Both the position numbers and the translations under genes were made by a program. From positions 3,017 to 67,016 of IMG/VR virus record IMGVR_UViG_3300020576_002828: DNA of 64,000 nucleotides; one strand, written 5' to 3'. Position 1 is the first letter of the stretch. The number at the start of each line of letters is the position of its first letter. The notes below the pieces were generated by a model that saw only the letters and a list, made by a program, of their open reading frames with translations, was not told the origin of the DNA and did no database searches. The stretch comes from a virus. Its lineage: Duplodnaviria; Caudoviricetes. Shown here one piece after another: positions 43,352 through 53,530 of this stretch.

Positions 43352-44280
43352 AATGCCATTCCCGAGTTCAATAATTGTACACCAGTTAAATACATGACTC
43401 GCTGCCGTTGTATGGAATCATAGTGTCGCGCAGCCATACCAATATAGATGCACCCTTGTAATATCATGATTTCTTTTCGATCAAACGTCGGAAAGAATCG
43501 TTCTTGAAAATATACATTGGCTGCCGTGAGCATATAGTTGCCAATAGACACCTCTAAGTCAGTCGGTGTTATTTCACGCAGGGTAAAGTGATCATTGATA
43601 ATGAAGTCATATCCACCATCAAAGGAATGCATGAGTTTGGCCACATCATAGCGAATATCACCGTAACAGCCACGCTCTCCAAATTCTCCACGAGGGTCGA
43701 TACACTTAATTACCCCGTTAGGACTATACAAGATGTTTGATGCACAAAAATCACCGTGTATAAACGATGCCGTGTAGGGTAAGATCGATTCTAGATAGGG
43801 TTGAATGTCCGACCACATATAGGCGAAATTATCATATACCACACCATTGATGGTTAGATGCTTACTCGTGAATACCGAATCGTCAAGGGCATAGGCATCC
43901 GTAAACGCCACAAATTCTCGCCATGTCTTGTCAATATACATGGTTCTGGTAAATGCGGTATTACCGGGATGTGTCTTGTCAGAAAAGAATTGAATGGTAT
44001 CTAAGAGTCGAACCATGATACCGTCCAACGCATTTAGATCGCGTTGTTCTAACAAGTAGGATGACAGGGTAGGATAATCATAATATTCCATTACGACAAA
44101 CGTGTCCGTGTTTGTCGTAGAATAATCAAATACCCGAGGAAAATACTGTTGAAATCGATGGGGGATATTGGTTAGATATCCAATCTCCCCCCGCAATCGA
44201 TCTGTATTGCTGATTTTTTTGATGGTACCACGCAAGACATCTAGTTCAAACTGATTATATGCTCGACTGACGACTGCCAT
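43348..44280 (-). CDS. APH/choline-kinase-like phosphotransferase
   Basis: HGDFC.SN, IDPRG, YD.AK. Confidence 0.85.
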   Translation of the reverse strand: MAVVSRAYNQFELDVLRGTIKKISNTDRLRGEIGYLTNIPHRFQQYFPRVFDYSTTNTDTFVVMEYYDYPTLSSYLLEQRDLNALDGIMVRLLDTIQFFSDKTHPGNTAFTRTMYIDKTWREFVAFTDAYALDDSVFTSKHLTINGVVYDNFAYMWSDIQPYLESILPYTASFIHGDFCASNILYSPNGVIKCIDPRGEFGERGCYGDIRYDVAKLMHSFDGGYDFIINDHFTLREITPTDLEVSIGNYMLTAANVYFQERFFPTFDRKEIMILQGCIYIGMAARHYDSIQRQRVMYLTGVQLLNSGMAL

Positions 44281-44881
44281 AAATATGTTCCGAAAGATCG
44301 TCGATGGAAATAATGTTCACGTTATGGACATTGGCGAATGTTTCTAATTCGGGCAACCGTGCCATGCTTCCATCATCATTCATGATCTCGCAAATAATAG
44401 CAACCGGTTGACATCCTGCTAGGTGCATCATTTCAATAGACGCTTCCGTATGCCCCTGTCGTTCCTGTAACAAGCCGGGACGGGGACGTAAGGGAAATAG
44501 GTGGCCGGGATAGGCAAGATCAGACGGCACGGTCGAAGGATCTAACACCTTACGAATGGTGACCATACGGTCTTCAACAGATACACCGGTAGAGACGCCC
44601 TCTGCAGCATCAATAGACACGGTAAACGGTGTCTGAAGCTTATCCAGTGAGTTCGACGGTGACATGGGAATCTCAAGTCGGTCTAGAATCGCACCATCAC
44701 ATGGAATACACATGATACCGCGAGCATACCGAGCAATAAACGCCAAGGTTTCAGCCGTAGCATATTCTGCCGCAATGACTAAATCTCCTTCGTTTTCCCG
44801 ATCCCATGAATCTACTACAATGACGGGTTTACCAGCAACGATATCATCGATAATCGCATTAAAATCTTTCGTAATGGGCAT
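44255..44881 (-). CDS. ribB: 3,4-dihydroxy-2-butanone 4-phosphate synthase
   Basis: DRENEGDL, FTVSIDA, TGVS..DR, PGHLFPL, GHTEA. Confidence 0.95.
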   Translation of the reverse strand: MPITKDFNAIIDDIVAGKPVIVVDSWDRENEGDLVIAAEYATAETLAFIARYARGIMCIPCDGAILDRLEIPMSPSNSLDKLQTPFTVSIDAAEGVSTGVSVEDRMVTIRKVLDPSTVPSDLAYPGHLFPLRPRPGLLQERQGHTEASIEMMHLAGCQPVAIICEIMNDDGSMARLPELETFANVHNVNIISIDDLSEHIYGSRQSSI

Positions 44882-44883
44882 AA

Positions 44884-45510
44884 TTAATTAGGTGTAATTG
44901 TTTTCTTGCAAAACCACAAAAAGCGTCCTTCTTCATAGCCGTTGATTATTTGCGGTATTGTATATGGAACTACTGTAAATTCCATATTACAATCTCGTAA
45001 TATTCTATTGATAAATTCAACTGATGGTCTAGAATAATCCACAATCATATCAAGAGGTTCCCATGTAAATTCTGTGGGTGGATCTACTCGTTGGATAAAG
45101 TGTGGATCATCTACCGTAGCTGCCAATGTTTCAATGATCATTTCTGAACAATGTGCAATGGCTTCTCGTAGTCGAATTTCTACGATATCTGGTGGTTGAT
45201 GATAAATAACGCCCATATGAATAATAACGTCGAAATGTTCATCTAAATCCCATGGATTATTTAGATCTTGAACAAATGTTCGTATATTTGGATATCGTGT
45301 CGCAATTGTTTGTACCCATTTATCATAATAATCGGTACACGTAACCGTTGCTCCATATTCATTCGCAAACTTGGCACCAATATGGCCCCATGCCGCTGCG
45401 ACTTCTAGAACAGTTTTACCCTGAAAATGTGTAGCGGCATCATAGTGAGATTCAATGTGTTGAAATCTTGTCGCTCGCCATTCATTGGTAGTATCGTAAA
45501 ATAAGTTCAT
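44884..45510 (-). CDS. class I SAM methyltransferase
   Basis: VLEVAA..G, FDVI...GV.YH. Confidence 0.82.
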   Translation of the reverse strand: MNLFYDTTNEWRATRFQHIESHYDAATHFQGKTVLEVAAAWGHIGAKFANEYGATVTCTDYYDKWVQTIATRYPNIRTFVQDLNNPWDLDEHFDVIIHMGVIYHQPPDIVEIRLREAIAHCSEMIIETLAATVDDPHFIQRVDPPTEFTWEPLDMIVDYSRPSVEFINRILRDCNMEFTVVPYTIPQIINGYEEGRFLWFCKKTITPN

Positions 45511-46262
45511 ATGGTGTCAATAAATGTTTTCAAATCTTCAGGTGTACCCAATCCATACATATCGGTTACCTGATATTCCATGATACGCTTTCCATCACGA
45601 ATGGCCTCATTAAATACCGGACACACATAGAATTCGTTATTAGTACGAATATTTTTAGCAATCATCTGCTTTGCATATTTTACATAATCGCTACCACGCG
45701 CCCAATAGTAAAATCCTACCGTGGCCCGATGGGAGATCGGATTTTTCTCAGCCACCTCTGTGATTTCACCATGTTCATTGACTGCAGCGTAGGACCATTT
45801 CGGATGAGTGGCTTCAAAGGTGACCACACATCCATCCGGTTTATGATAATTGATGAACCGCATGAAATCTCTAAAATCCCAATCCTTCACAAATTGATCT
45901 GAATTGGCGAGAAATAGGGGTTCGTCATTGTCAATGTACATCTCGGCCAACAACGTCGTACAAGCCGCACCTTCTGTGATCCCATCAACCAATACGAACG
46001 TCTGTACGGTCGGTAGTTCTTCATGAAGTGCATAGGCAAGATCGTGCTTATACAGTTGCCAGTGCGATTTTTGCATAATGAAGATACGAGTATGATCGTC
46101 GTGAATACTATTGGTGATGTTGTCGACCACCAATTCGATCATAGGCTTCGTGTCATACCCAATACCGTCATACACCTCAATGGGAATGAGGGGTTTGGGC
46201 ATCATATATCCGGCATCTATAAACCGTTTTCCTGCACCGGCCATAGGGATTAGAATATTCAT
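45507..46262 (-). CDS. sugar-phosphate NTP-transferase
   Basis: ILIPMAG.G.RF...GY..PKP, N.D, NEFYV, LGTPEDL. Confidence 0.88.
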   Translation of the reverse strand: MNILIPMAGAGKRFIDAGYMMPKPLIPIEVYDGIGYDTKPMIELVVDNITNSIHDDHTRIFIMQKSHWQLYKHDLAYALHEELPTVQTFVLVDGITEGAACTTLLAEMYIDNDEPLFLANSDQFVKDWDFRDFMRFINYHKPDGCVVTFEATHPKWSYAAVNEHGEITEVAEKNPISHRATVGFYYWARGSDYVKYAKQMIAKNIRTNNEFYVCPVFNEAIRDGKRIMEYQVTDMYGLGTPEDLKTFIDTI

Positions 46263-46492
46263 TCGGGTAGTGTTTCGACAGTTTCAGATATGGTGACTTC
46301 TAATCGTTGTTCCATAACAGAGGGCGTTAATACCGTCACAGAGTCTTTGCGTGGAATGACTAACCCCTTTCCTTCAGCCACAGCACCCATCAGCCCAACA
46401 ATAGTATCTTCATCTAATTGTGCGTCTTCAATTTTTAAAATGTTTGAACCGGTATCTACCTTGGAGATACTTACAGTAAAAAATACACTCAT
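46259..46492 (-). CDS. hypothetical protein
   Basis: ATGA-coupled. Confidence 0.65.
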   Translation of the reverse strand: MSVFFTVSISKVDTGSNILKIEDAQLDEDTIVGLMGAVAEGKGLVIPRKDSVTVLTPSVMEQRLEVTISETVETLPE

Positions 46493-47163
46493 ATAAACTC
46501 CGGATTGCCATTGGTGGTTGTAATCATGCGAGGAACATGCTGTGCTTCTATCAAATTAATGGTTTTTTGTACCATGTCAACCGCCATCTCCCATGGGTCC
46601 GTTACGATGCGTACATAGCCACCCGACGCATTGGCCGAATGAATACCCTTTTCAGAATCTTCGAAAATCACAGTTTCCAACGGGTGTACGCCCATACAAT
46701 GTTTCATCGCAAGCGTATACATCTCGGGGTGAGGTTTTGGATTCTTCACCATTTCATTGGTCAAAATGACGGTAAAATATGATCCAATATGCAATCGTTC
46801 CAAAATAAGCATTGTAGTGGTACGAATGGAATTGGTACACAACGCCAGTAAAAAGGGACGCTGTGATAAATATTCAAACAATTCGGTATGATCTATGCTG
46901 AAATTGAAATCATGTAACATTTCATGTGTATATTTCTGCTTTAAACTAGAAATATCTTTCCGCAATCGTTCCGGCAATCCCCGAATGTGCAACATGTCTA
47001 GTTTTGAACTAGTGGGCAATCCATCGAAATTATGTAAATGATCCGCTTTGGTAATAACAAATTCTGGTGCATATTTAGTCAAGGCCATATTCAACGCTTC
47101 GAAATGCAATTCCTTTGTCGATACCAGCGTTCCGTCCAAATCAAAACATAACAATTTAATCAT
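46489..47163 (-). CDS. HAD-family phosphatase
   Basis: FDLDGTL, KP.P, FEDS..G. Confidence 0.9.
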   Translation of the reverse strand: MIKLLCFDLDGTLVSTKELHFEALNMALTKYAPEFVITKADHLHNFDGLPTSSKLDMLHIRGLPERLRKDISSLKQKYTHEMLHDFNFSIDHTELFEYLSQRPFLLALCTNSIRTTTMLILERLHIGSYFTVILTNEMVKNPKPHPEMYTLAMKHCMGVHPLETVIFEDSEKGIHSANASGGYVRIVTDPWEMAVDMVQKTINLIEAQHVPRMITTTNGNPEFI

Positions 47164-47870
47164 ATGAAATAATATTGAAGATTTCTAATTTGTGCCAATT
47201 TAGATAAATACTCTGGCTTCAATAATCCCGGTGCCCATTTATTAGGTTTCAATAACTGAACAGCCGAATTGGTATTTAGCACAAAGGTAGTTGCATCTCG
47301 TGCACGTTTAGACCAATCAACATCTTCACCCTGTACAGGACTAGTAAGAGATTCATTTAATGGAAACTTCCTCATAAAGGATCGCTTGGCAACGAAATAA
47401 TTACCCGACAGGTACTGTGCCGCATTAAGCCCTCTAATATTGTACGGCAATCCTACGTTCCAGTCACCATGTGTTTCCGGTACATATTCCCACAATTCTG
47501 GTGCGAGTACAACCCAATCAGAATGTCTATATCCTTCCATGGTAAATACTTTATTCACCCCTGCGTCCCAATCTGTGCCGAATTGCAGCCATCCATTAAA
47601 CCACCCCTCATGAAAATACATGTAATCATGTGCATAGACGATGAATTCATGCTTTGCATATTCCATAATGAGATTTTTCTTCTTGGTAATCCATGGATCG
47701 GGTGTCTGCGTTTCATCAAAGGGGATGATGATGGTATTCGGACGATCTATGTCTATATTACCGACAATAACCACTTGGTAGTCTGGAATATTCTGCGATT
47801 CAATGGAATCTAACATAATATTCAACGTTTCTAGGCCGGATGGATGACTAAGAATACCAAAGGTTATCAT
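47160..47870 (-). CDS. GT2-like glycosyltransferase
   Basis: HDY, EDV.WS. Confidence 0.8.
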   Translation of the reverse strand: MITFGILSHPSGLETLNIMLDSIESQNIPDYQVVIVGNIDIDRPNTIIIPFDETQTPDPWITKKKNLIMEYAKHEFIVYAHDYMYFHEGWFNGWLQFGTDWDAGVNKVFTMEGYRHSDWVVLAPELWEYVPETHGDWNVGLPYNIRGLNAAQYLSGNYFVAKRSFMRKFPLNESLTSPVQGEDVDWSKRARDATTFVLNTNSAVQLLKPNKWAPGLLKPEYLSKLAQIRNLQYYFI

Positions 47871-48841
47871 ATGACCGCCAATATACCCGCTAATGAGTGT
47901 TCAATCATGTGATGGCCCCGTACATACCGATATGCTCGTTCTAAATATTCAGGTGAAGCTGGTAATTCGCTGTTTCTGAATAACATAGACAACCCATCAA
48001 CAGATGTGATAATAGACCCAAAGCCTAACTGATGTAAATCATCCCCCGCAGCTACCGGTGTAGACCACCAGTAGGTTTTATTATACATGGCTTCCAATAA
48101 TGTAAGTCCATACCCCTCAGATTCGGAGTTCATAATACATACGTCAGCATCGGCCATAGCATCGTATATATCTGACGTTTCAGCATCAACGATAGGAATA
48201 ACTCTTTCATTGCCGTGTGTAGGAATAGAACCATATTGAGTGTCATATCCAAATAATACCAATGACCAATCGGGATGATTTGCCATATTGAATGCAGTTA
48301 CAATATCATGGAATCGTTTATGTGGCCAATATCCACCCGCTGCCATGGCCATATATTTGGTCTTCACCCCAACCAATTCTTTAATACGCCCTGCGGTTCC
48401 TTTGGCACTATGTGGAATTCCGTGTACATATGGCACCGCTTTACGATGTAAATCTACAGGAAGGGATTCAATATATCTATAATCTTGCGTCGTGTCATAT
48501 CCAATCCATGTTGCATTTCGCGTCCCGTATTCCCGAGCAACCATGTTCTTTGGTGGCTCTATTAACATGTAGTATACAGGACTTGGAAGGTTGTATTCAG
48601 CATGCACAAAATCTTGTGTTGGACATGATCCGTGAACAATGATCAGGTCAAACTTCATATCACGCACCACACGACGGTCTGAGGTGACTGCTACGCCCTC
48701 AAAATCTCCTTGGTGAATGTCAGACAACACCAGCACATCATGCCCCTGTCTAACGGCTTCCTTGGCTAGATTGTGTGTGTAATATTCAGACCCACCGGGA
48801 TAGGGCGCATATCGGTGTACTACAAATAACAGTTTATACAT
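47867..48841 (-). CDS. GT4 glycosyltransferase
   Basis: PY.GG.E, EGYGL..LEAM. Confidence 0.88.
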   Translation of the reverse strand: MYKLLFVVHRYAPYPGGSEYYTHNLAKEAVRQGHDVLVLSDIHQGDFEGVAVTSDRRVVRDMKFDLIIVHGSCPTQDFVHAEYNLPSPVYYMLIEPPKNMVAREYGTRNATWIGYDTTQDYRYIESLPVDLHRKAVPYVHGIPHSAKGTAGRIKELVGVKTKYMAMAAGGYWPHKRFHDIVTAFNMANHPDWSLVLFGYDTQYGSIPTHGNERVIPIVDAETSDIYDAMADADVCIMNSESEGYGLTLLEAMYNKTYWWSTPVAAGDDLHQLGFGSIITSVDGLSMLFRNSELPASPEYLERAYRYVRGHHMIEHSLAGILAVI

Positions 48842-49691
48842 GGTATTTTTGTAAATAGTGTTGTCGTAGAAGCGGATGACGATCCCATTGATGGACGATA
48901 ACATAGGGCACACCATTGGATGATATCACCATATTATCAGATCGGATAGTTGGTTGTGCTTCGCTCAATCGATCCCATAACCATGGCTTGGTAGGATCTA
49001 ACGTTGTTCCGATTTGTGCAGCCCAATCGAAAAACTCATATGCAATTCGAATATCGGATTTCCATAGTACATGCGTCAATAAATTCCATGACGACTGATC
49101 TGATGGATAACTGCGTCCAAGGGTCATTTCATAAATTTGCAAACAGGCTCGTTTAATAGCCTCAAATGTACCGGCAATAGTACCTACATTACACGACATT
49201 TTGTCTTGCATCTCTAACTCCCAGATAACCGACCCATAGCTATCAAGAAAATTTTGCTTACCCCATTCTTCATTTTTGTATAAGATGCATTCAGAGGGAG
49301 AAATCAACGGTTTTTCACCAACCATATTATTGCGCAACCAGATAGATGGATCAACTTGAAATACGACATCTCTCACATCAGTGGTGATAACGTAGTCATA
49401 TTCATCAGCATTCAATCGGCTCAACAACTCCCAGATATGATAGAACCGGAGATTGTGTGCAGATGTTGATCCATGGGCACTATGATTGATGGGACGCATA
49501 AACGGATCATGTTCCACCTGATAGACATTAACGCCATGGGCTTCTAGGGTGGAAATAACGACCGGATCGATACGATAGGCTACCAACCAGATGTCGCCCG
49601 TAAATCCTGTCTCTTTAATTGACAATACCCATGGCGCAATCTGTTGCCATGAGTATGTGTCAATACCACCAATTAGTATATCTTTTCGCAT
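48834..49691 (-). CDS. GT-A-like hypothetical protein
   Basis: TDVRDV.FQ.DP, N.G.I.G, DQ, HQWDR. Confidence 0.75.
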   Translation of the reverse strand: MRKDILIGGIDTYSWQQIAPWVLSIKETGFTGDIWLVAYRIDPVVISTLEAHGVNVYQVEHDPFMRPINHSAHGSTSAHNLRFYHIWELLSRLNADEYDYVITTDVRDVVFQVDPSIWLRNNMVGEKPLISPSECILYKNEEWGKQNFLDSYGSVIWELEMQDKMSCNVGTIAGTFEAIKRACLQIYEMTLGRSYPSDQSSWNLLTHVLWKSDIRIAYEFFDWAAQIGTTLDPTKPWLWDRLSEAQPTIRSDNMVISSNGVPYVIVHQWDRHPLLRQHYLQKYHV

Positions 49692-49960
49692 TAATGTTTG
49701 GGATAAAGTACGAACTCCGATGCTTTGAAGTTACCATCAACAAACTTGATATATACCGTGCCGTTGATTGCGCCGAATTCAGATTTTACATTCACCAAGA
49801 ATTCGTTGGATGGAAGTATTTTATTCAAGTGAAGGTGCACCGCTTCCCGAATACTTACTGGATCTAACTTATCGGTCTTATCCAATGTCGCCAGATGATC
49901 ATATACCGCACCTAACACATACTCTTTCACATTGAATTTCATAGGGAGTGGCATTATCAA
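49691..49960 (-). CDS. hypothetical protein
   Basis: coupled ORF. Confidence 0.65.
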   Translation of the reverse strand: MIMPLPMKFNVKEYVLGAVYDHLATLDKTDKLDPVSIREAVHLHLNKILPSNEFLVNVKSEFGAINGTVYIKFVDGNFKASEFVLYPKH

Positions 49961-50292
49961 TAACTCGGAAGAATGCCATATTGTGCAGCTTCTTCGGGCG
50001 AGATCTTAATAGTTTGTACGACCGACTTTTCTTCTAATTGGGTATCCATATCAAGTTCTCGGATATCACAGTAATGCATTTCTTTGATATAATTCTCTTC
50101 GGTCAACTGAATCGTAGGCATTACCGTTAATATACGAAACGACTTGAATTTAGATCGCTGGACCGATTCGTATAATGTCTTATGCTTTTCGATTAGCTCT
50201 GGGATCTTTTCAGGATCGATGCATGCTAACGAAATAGGTAACGAAATGTTGTTCTCAAATTCAAACATCATCTTATAGATTTGCTGTCTCAT
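49957..50292 (-). CDS. hypothetical protein, probable start MRQQ
   Basis: ATGAGACAGCAA 20 nt after upstream stop. Confidence 0.6.
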   Translation of the reverse strand: MRQQIYKMMFEFENNISLPISLACIDPEKIPELIEKHKTLYESVQRSKFKSFRILTVMPTIQLTEENYIKEMHYCDIRELDMDTQLEEKSVVQTIKISPEEAAQYGILPSY

Positions 50293-50311
50293 ACTAATAC
50301 CGGTAATAAAG

Positions 50312-50521
50312 TTAAAGATCGTTCCATCTATACCATGTGTATTCAATACCATATTGCAACTCACATTGATCTTTTGGAATATCTAGTTGTTGACGATAAT
50401 CAAAAAACCACGTTGCAATAAAATGGGTGTCTGTTTCGCCCACAATACTATAGAATGCATTAAAACTAGCACTTGGTTCACTAGCATGATGCAACAAACT
50501 TTCGCGACGAATAAAGCTCAC
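50312..50521 (-). CDS. hypothetical protein
   Basis: ATGA-coupled. Confidence 0.55.
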   Translation of the reverse strand: MSFIRRESLLHHASEPSASFNAFYSIVGETDTHFIATWFFDYRQQLDIPKDQCELQYGIEYTWYRWNDL

Positions 50522-51213
50522 AATTTACTCCAATCAACACGAGGGGCTAACCATGCCGGTTCACAGTGGGTAGATAGCGACGGAATGGGTGAAATCAATA
50601 CCCGTCCAAAATCTCGCAACGCTAAGAAGGCTTGAAAATCGTGTGGATGTGTACCGTCCGTAAATTGGGTCCAAATTGCATTATCTGCACGTAATGTTCC
50701 CACTCGTGTTGCAAAGGTCATCGTCGTCGAGTTCGTGATCCGCCAATGAGTCGTAGGCGTGAGGATGACACGGGTATCATCTGCACCGTCATCTTCAATA
50801 AACGGGTTTCCACCAAACTTAGCGGGTACATACTTATCAGGAGCATCATATAGAGTAACATAGTGAGCATGTTCTAACCCCTCTAAAATCGCCTTGCGAG
50901 AATTGGGTAAATGGAAGTAGTCATCTTCAACAAAGTAGACGATCTCGTCATCTGGTAGTGTTAACGCAATATCACGCACAATACGCCAACTACCGGCTGA
51001 ACTACCCCCATCAATTGGCTGGATATCTAGTCCTGTGATATCTGCATAGTCAGTGAGAAATTCTTCAGTAGCCGGTGCACAGCGATCCTTATATACCGTA
51101 ACTTCAGCTAACGGCCAGTGTGTCATGAAATTCAAGAGACAGTTTTTCTTCGTAGCATTGGGTAATTTAGGCTTGACATACCCATTATCACTGATGCGAA
51201 ACAAAACTTTCAT
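50518..51213 (-). CDS. GT-A-like glycosyltransferase
   Basis: YFVEDDY.H, STTMTF. Confidence 0.75.
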   Translation of the reverse strand: MKVLFRISDNGYVKPKLPNATKKNCLLNFMTHWPLAEVTVYKDRCAPATEEFLTDYADITGLDIQPIDGGSSAGSWRIVRDIALTLPDDEIVYFVEDDYFHLPNSRKAILEGLEHAHYVTLYDAPDKYVPAKFGGNPFIEDDGADDTRVILTPTTHWRITNSTTMTFATRVGTLRADNAIWTQFTDGTHPHDFQAFLALRDFGRVLISPIPSLSTHCEPAWLAPRVDWSKL

Positions 51214-51488
51214 TGCATATCCTCTAAATGTTTCAATACCAATATCATAGCGCGTTCTAATTCAGTGACATCATTACGGTATACTTCCGAACCGTCGATA
51301 ATTATTTGTTCCCGACCATCTATCTGTTTGATGATATCCACGCGACTATTCACATGAATTGGTTTGGGTGATGTAAACGGATCGTAGTCATCACCACGTC
51401 TTCGCAGCTTATTATAAAATATGGTTTTGATAATACGGGTTTGTTCCTTCCACGGAATATCAATTTCTACGGCACCGGTAACTTTCAT
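51210..51488 (-). CDS. hypothetical protein
   Basis: ATGA-coupled. Confidence 0.65.
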   Translation of the reverse strand: MKVTGAVEIDIPWKEQTRIIKTIFYNKLRRRGDDYDPFTSPKPIHVNSRVDIIKQIDGREQIIIDGSEVYRNDVTELERAMILVLKHLEDMQ

Positions 51489-51913
51489 AGGTCATTATCG
51501 TTATAGCGCCGCTTGGTAAATTCATCGGACACGTTCGGCACATCATAATCGTATTTCATGATGGTCTGAATCTTGTCGAGATTATAGGTACGATAGGCGT
51601 CCAAGGAATAGAGCACGTCTTTCTTGTAGACCGTATCATAGAAAATCTTGGGATCGACCACAGTGTCTAAACGCGGGACAATACTTTGAAGCAAGACATC
51701 GCGACTAATGTTCTTGAGATCCAAGCCATGTAGCTTCCCTTCCCAATTCGGATGAACCACCATTACGAATCGGGGTTTTCCGAGATACACAAACGCAATG
51801 ACATCTCCCAGTGTTAACCGGGAGACGCCAAGCATAGAGCGTTCATTGCGGACAAAACCACGATGGGTTGACAATTCACCTTCTTGTGCCCATTTAATAT
51901 CCGGAGTAGTCAT
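51485..51913 (-). CDS. DNA end-protector-like protein (tentative)
   Basis: F.Y, HGLDL, YRTY pattern. Confidence 0.5.
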   Translation of the reverse strand: MTTPDIKWAQEGELSTHRGFVRNERSMLGVSRLTLGDVIAFVYLGKPRFVMVVHPNWEGKLHGLDLKNISRDVLLQSIVPRLDTVVDPKIFYDTVYKKDVLYSLDAYRTYNLDKIQTIMKYDYDVPNVSDEFTKRRYNDNDL

Positions 51914-51914
51914 G

Positions 51915-53210
51915 TTATTTATTCAATGAAACTTTTTTGAGTTTTGGCAATGACAGCGGTGCTACCATCTGAAATTGCGGAGCATATTTGTCAAGCAATT
52001 CTTTGGTACGATTTTTGATGATTTGATATGCGAAATTCTCTTTCGTTTTCTTGTATAATTTCTCGGCCCGTGGTAAAAACTTATCATAGTTGCGATACAC
52101 TGCCATCATAGCAGTTGCAGCCATATTGGTATCAACGGAGAACCATGACGATTCCTCAATAATGACTCCCGGCCATACTACACTTGGATCGACTTTAGTA
52201 AGCGTACCATTCAACAAGATGGCATTTTCAGGATCAAGAAAATCAAGATGCCCACTCCATCCACTCGCAATAATCGGTTTTTTGCTTGTAGTCGCTTCTA
52301 GCAATGGACGACAGAATCCCTCACCCTTTGTAAAATTGACGTGGGCCTTTATCTTCGGATGGTTATATAATCCACTCATTTCATCGTCAGTTAAATCCCC
52401 ATGCAATAGATACACATTAGGTGGATTCGGCGTCACAGATGCCCGAATCTGTTGGATCTTGGTCATAATGGCATCATGATCCATATGCGAAAATCCGGCA
52501 CCACTTGTTTTCAATAACAGGGCAGGGCGCTTGGTTGGTGGCATATCTTTAAAGACTTCACAGAATATCTTGACTAATAATCCAACATTCTTTCTGTCTT
52601 CACCTACATTGCCCTTTAACCAATGTCCGACAAACAAAAATACAAAATCTTCTGGAATAGCCTGTAATTCAGCACGGATAGTTTTTGGAATTTCGGTCAT
52701 ATCACGTGGATGAAACGTACCAAGATTTACACAGTTGTGCAATACATCGATAGGCTTTTCTAACTTCACCTGACGCACCGTTTGACCTTGTTGATTGCGC
52801 TGATCCACAACCGTATTTTGAAATACATTCTTTGCATGATTACTCATACACCAAATGACATCCATTCGATTACATCCTTCCAACCATTCTAATGAACATG
52901 CATTGGTTTCAATACCAGCGGTAATGCCAATGTTGTATTTACCAACCGGTTGAAATTCACTTGGAATACTCACCTGAATATACAACTCTGGCTGACGTGG
53001 AAGTTGTACTGGAATATTTGCAATACGACCAATTAATTCAAAATCTTTTGTAGGATCTAATGCCGTCATAGGAGTACTACCCCATGGTAAACTTACTAGT
53101 ATGACATCATAGACACCTAACTCAATAATATGACGTGCAATATCTCTAGCGGCATCACCATATCCACTACGAGTTGCAAGTGGAGATTGTATTAAGCAAA
53201 TCGGTTTCAT
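51915..53210 (-). CDS. GT4 glycosyltransferase
   Basis: SGYG, EGF..P.LEA, SGH.DF. Confidence 0.88.
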   Translation of the reverse strand: MKPICLIQSPLATRSGYGDAARDIARHIIELGVYDVILVSLPWGSTPMTALDPTKDFELIGRIANIPVQLPRQPELYIQVSIPSEFQPVGKYNIGITAGIETNACSLEWLEGCNRMDVIWCMSNHAKNVFQNTVVDQRNQQGQTVRQVKLEKPIDVLHNCVNLGTFHPRDMTEIPKTIRAELQAIPEDFVFLFVGHWLKGNVGEDRKNVGLLVKIFCEVFKDMPPTKRPALLLKTSGAGFSHMDHDAIMTKIQQIRASVTPNPPNVYLLHGDLTDDEMSGLYNHPKIKAHVNFTKGEGFCRPLLEATTSKKPIIASGWSGHLDFLDPENAILLNGTLTKVDPSVVWPGVIIEESSWFSVDTNMAATAMMAVYRNYDKFLPRAEKLYKKTKENFAYQIIKNRTKELLDKYAPQFQMVAPLSLPKLKKVSLNK

Positions 53211-53530
53211 GTTAATTCTGTTTGAGGGTCATTATTTTCATCACCTAACTGTGTCGATAAAAATAGTGTATCGGGGTGATCTTCTGATATATTTTCATCA
53301 CCCCAAATAGGAGTCAATAAAAATAGCGTATCTGGATAGTTACCTATTTCATCACGTTGAAGATCTGGATTGTAAAACATATTACGGCTATGACGTTGTA
53401 GATATTCATAGTGTGTTACATCAGTGGTATATGCTTCCATACCTTTAAACGTATCTCGCCATTCCTGTTCATTAAACGAGTCCGAATCATATTGCACTAA
53501 ATGCAACACCAATAGTCGCCGTGCTGTCAT
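53207..53530 (-). CDS. hypothetical protein with duplicated C-terminal motif
   Basis: PDTLFL.T..GDEN twice; ATGA-coupled. Confidence 0.6.
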   Translation of the reverse strand: MTARRLLVLHLVQYDSDSFNEQEWRDTFKGMEAYTTDVTHYEYLQRHSRNMFYNPDLQRDEIGNYPDTLFLLTPIWGDENISEDHPDTLFLSTQLGDENNDPQTELT

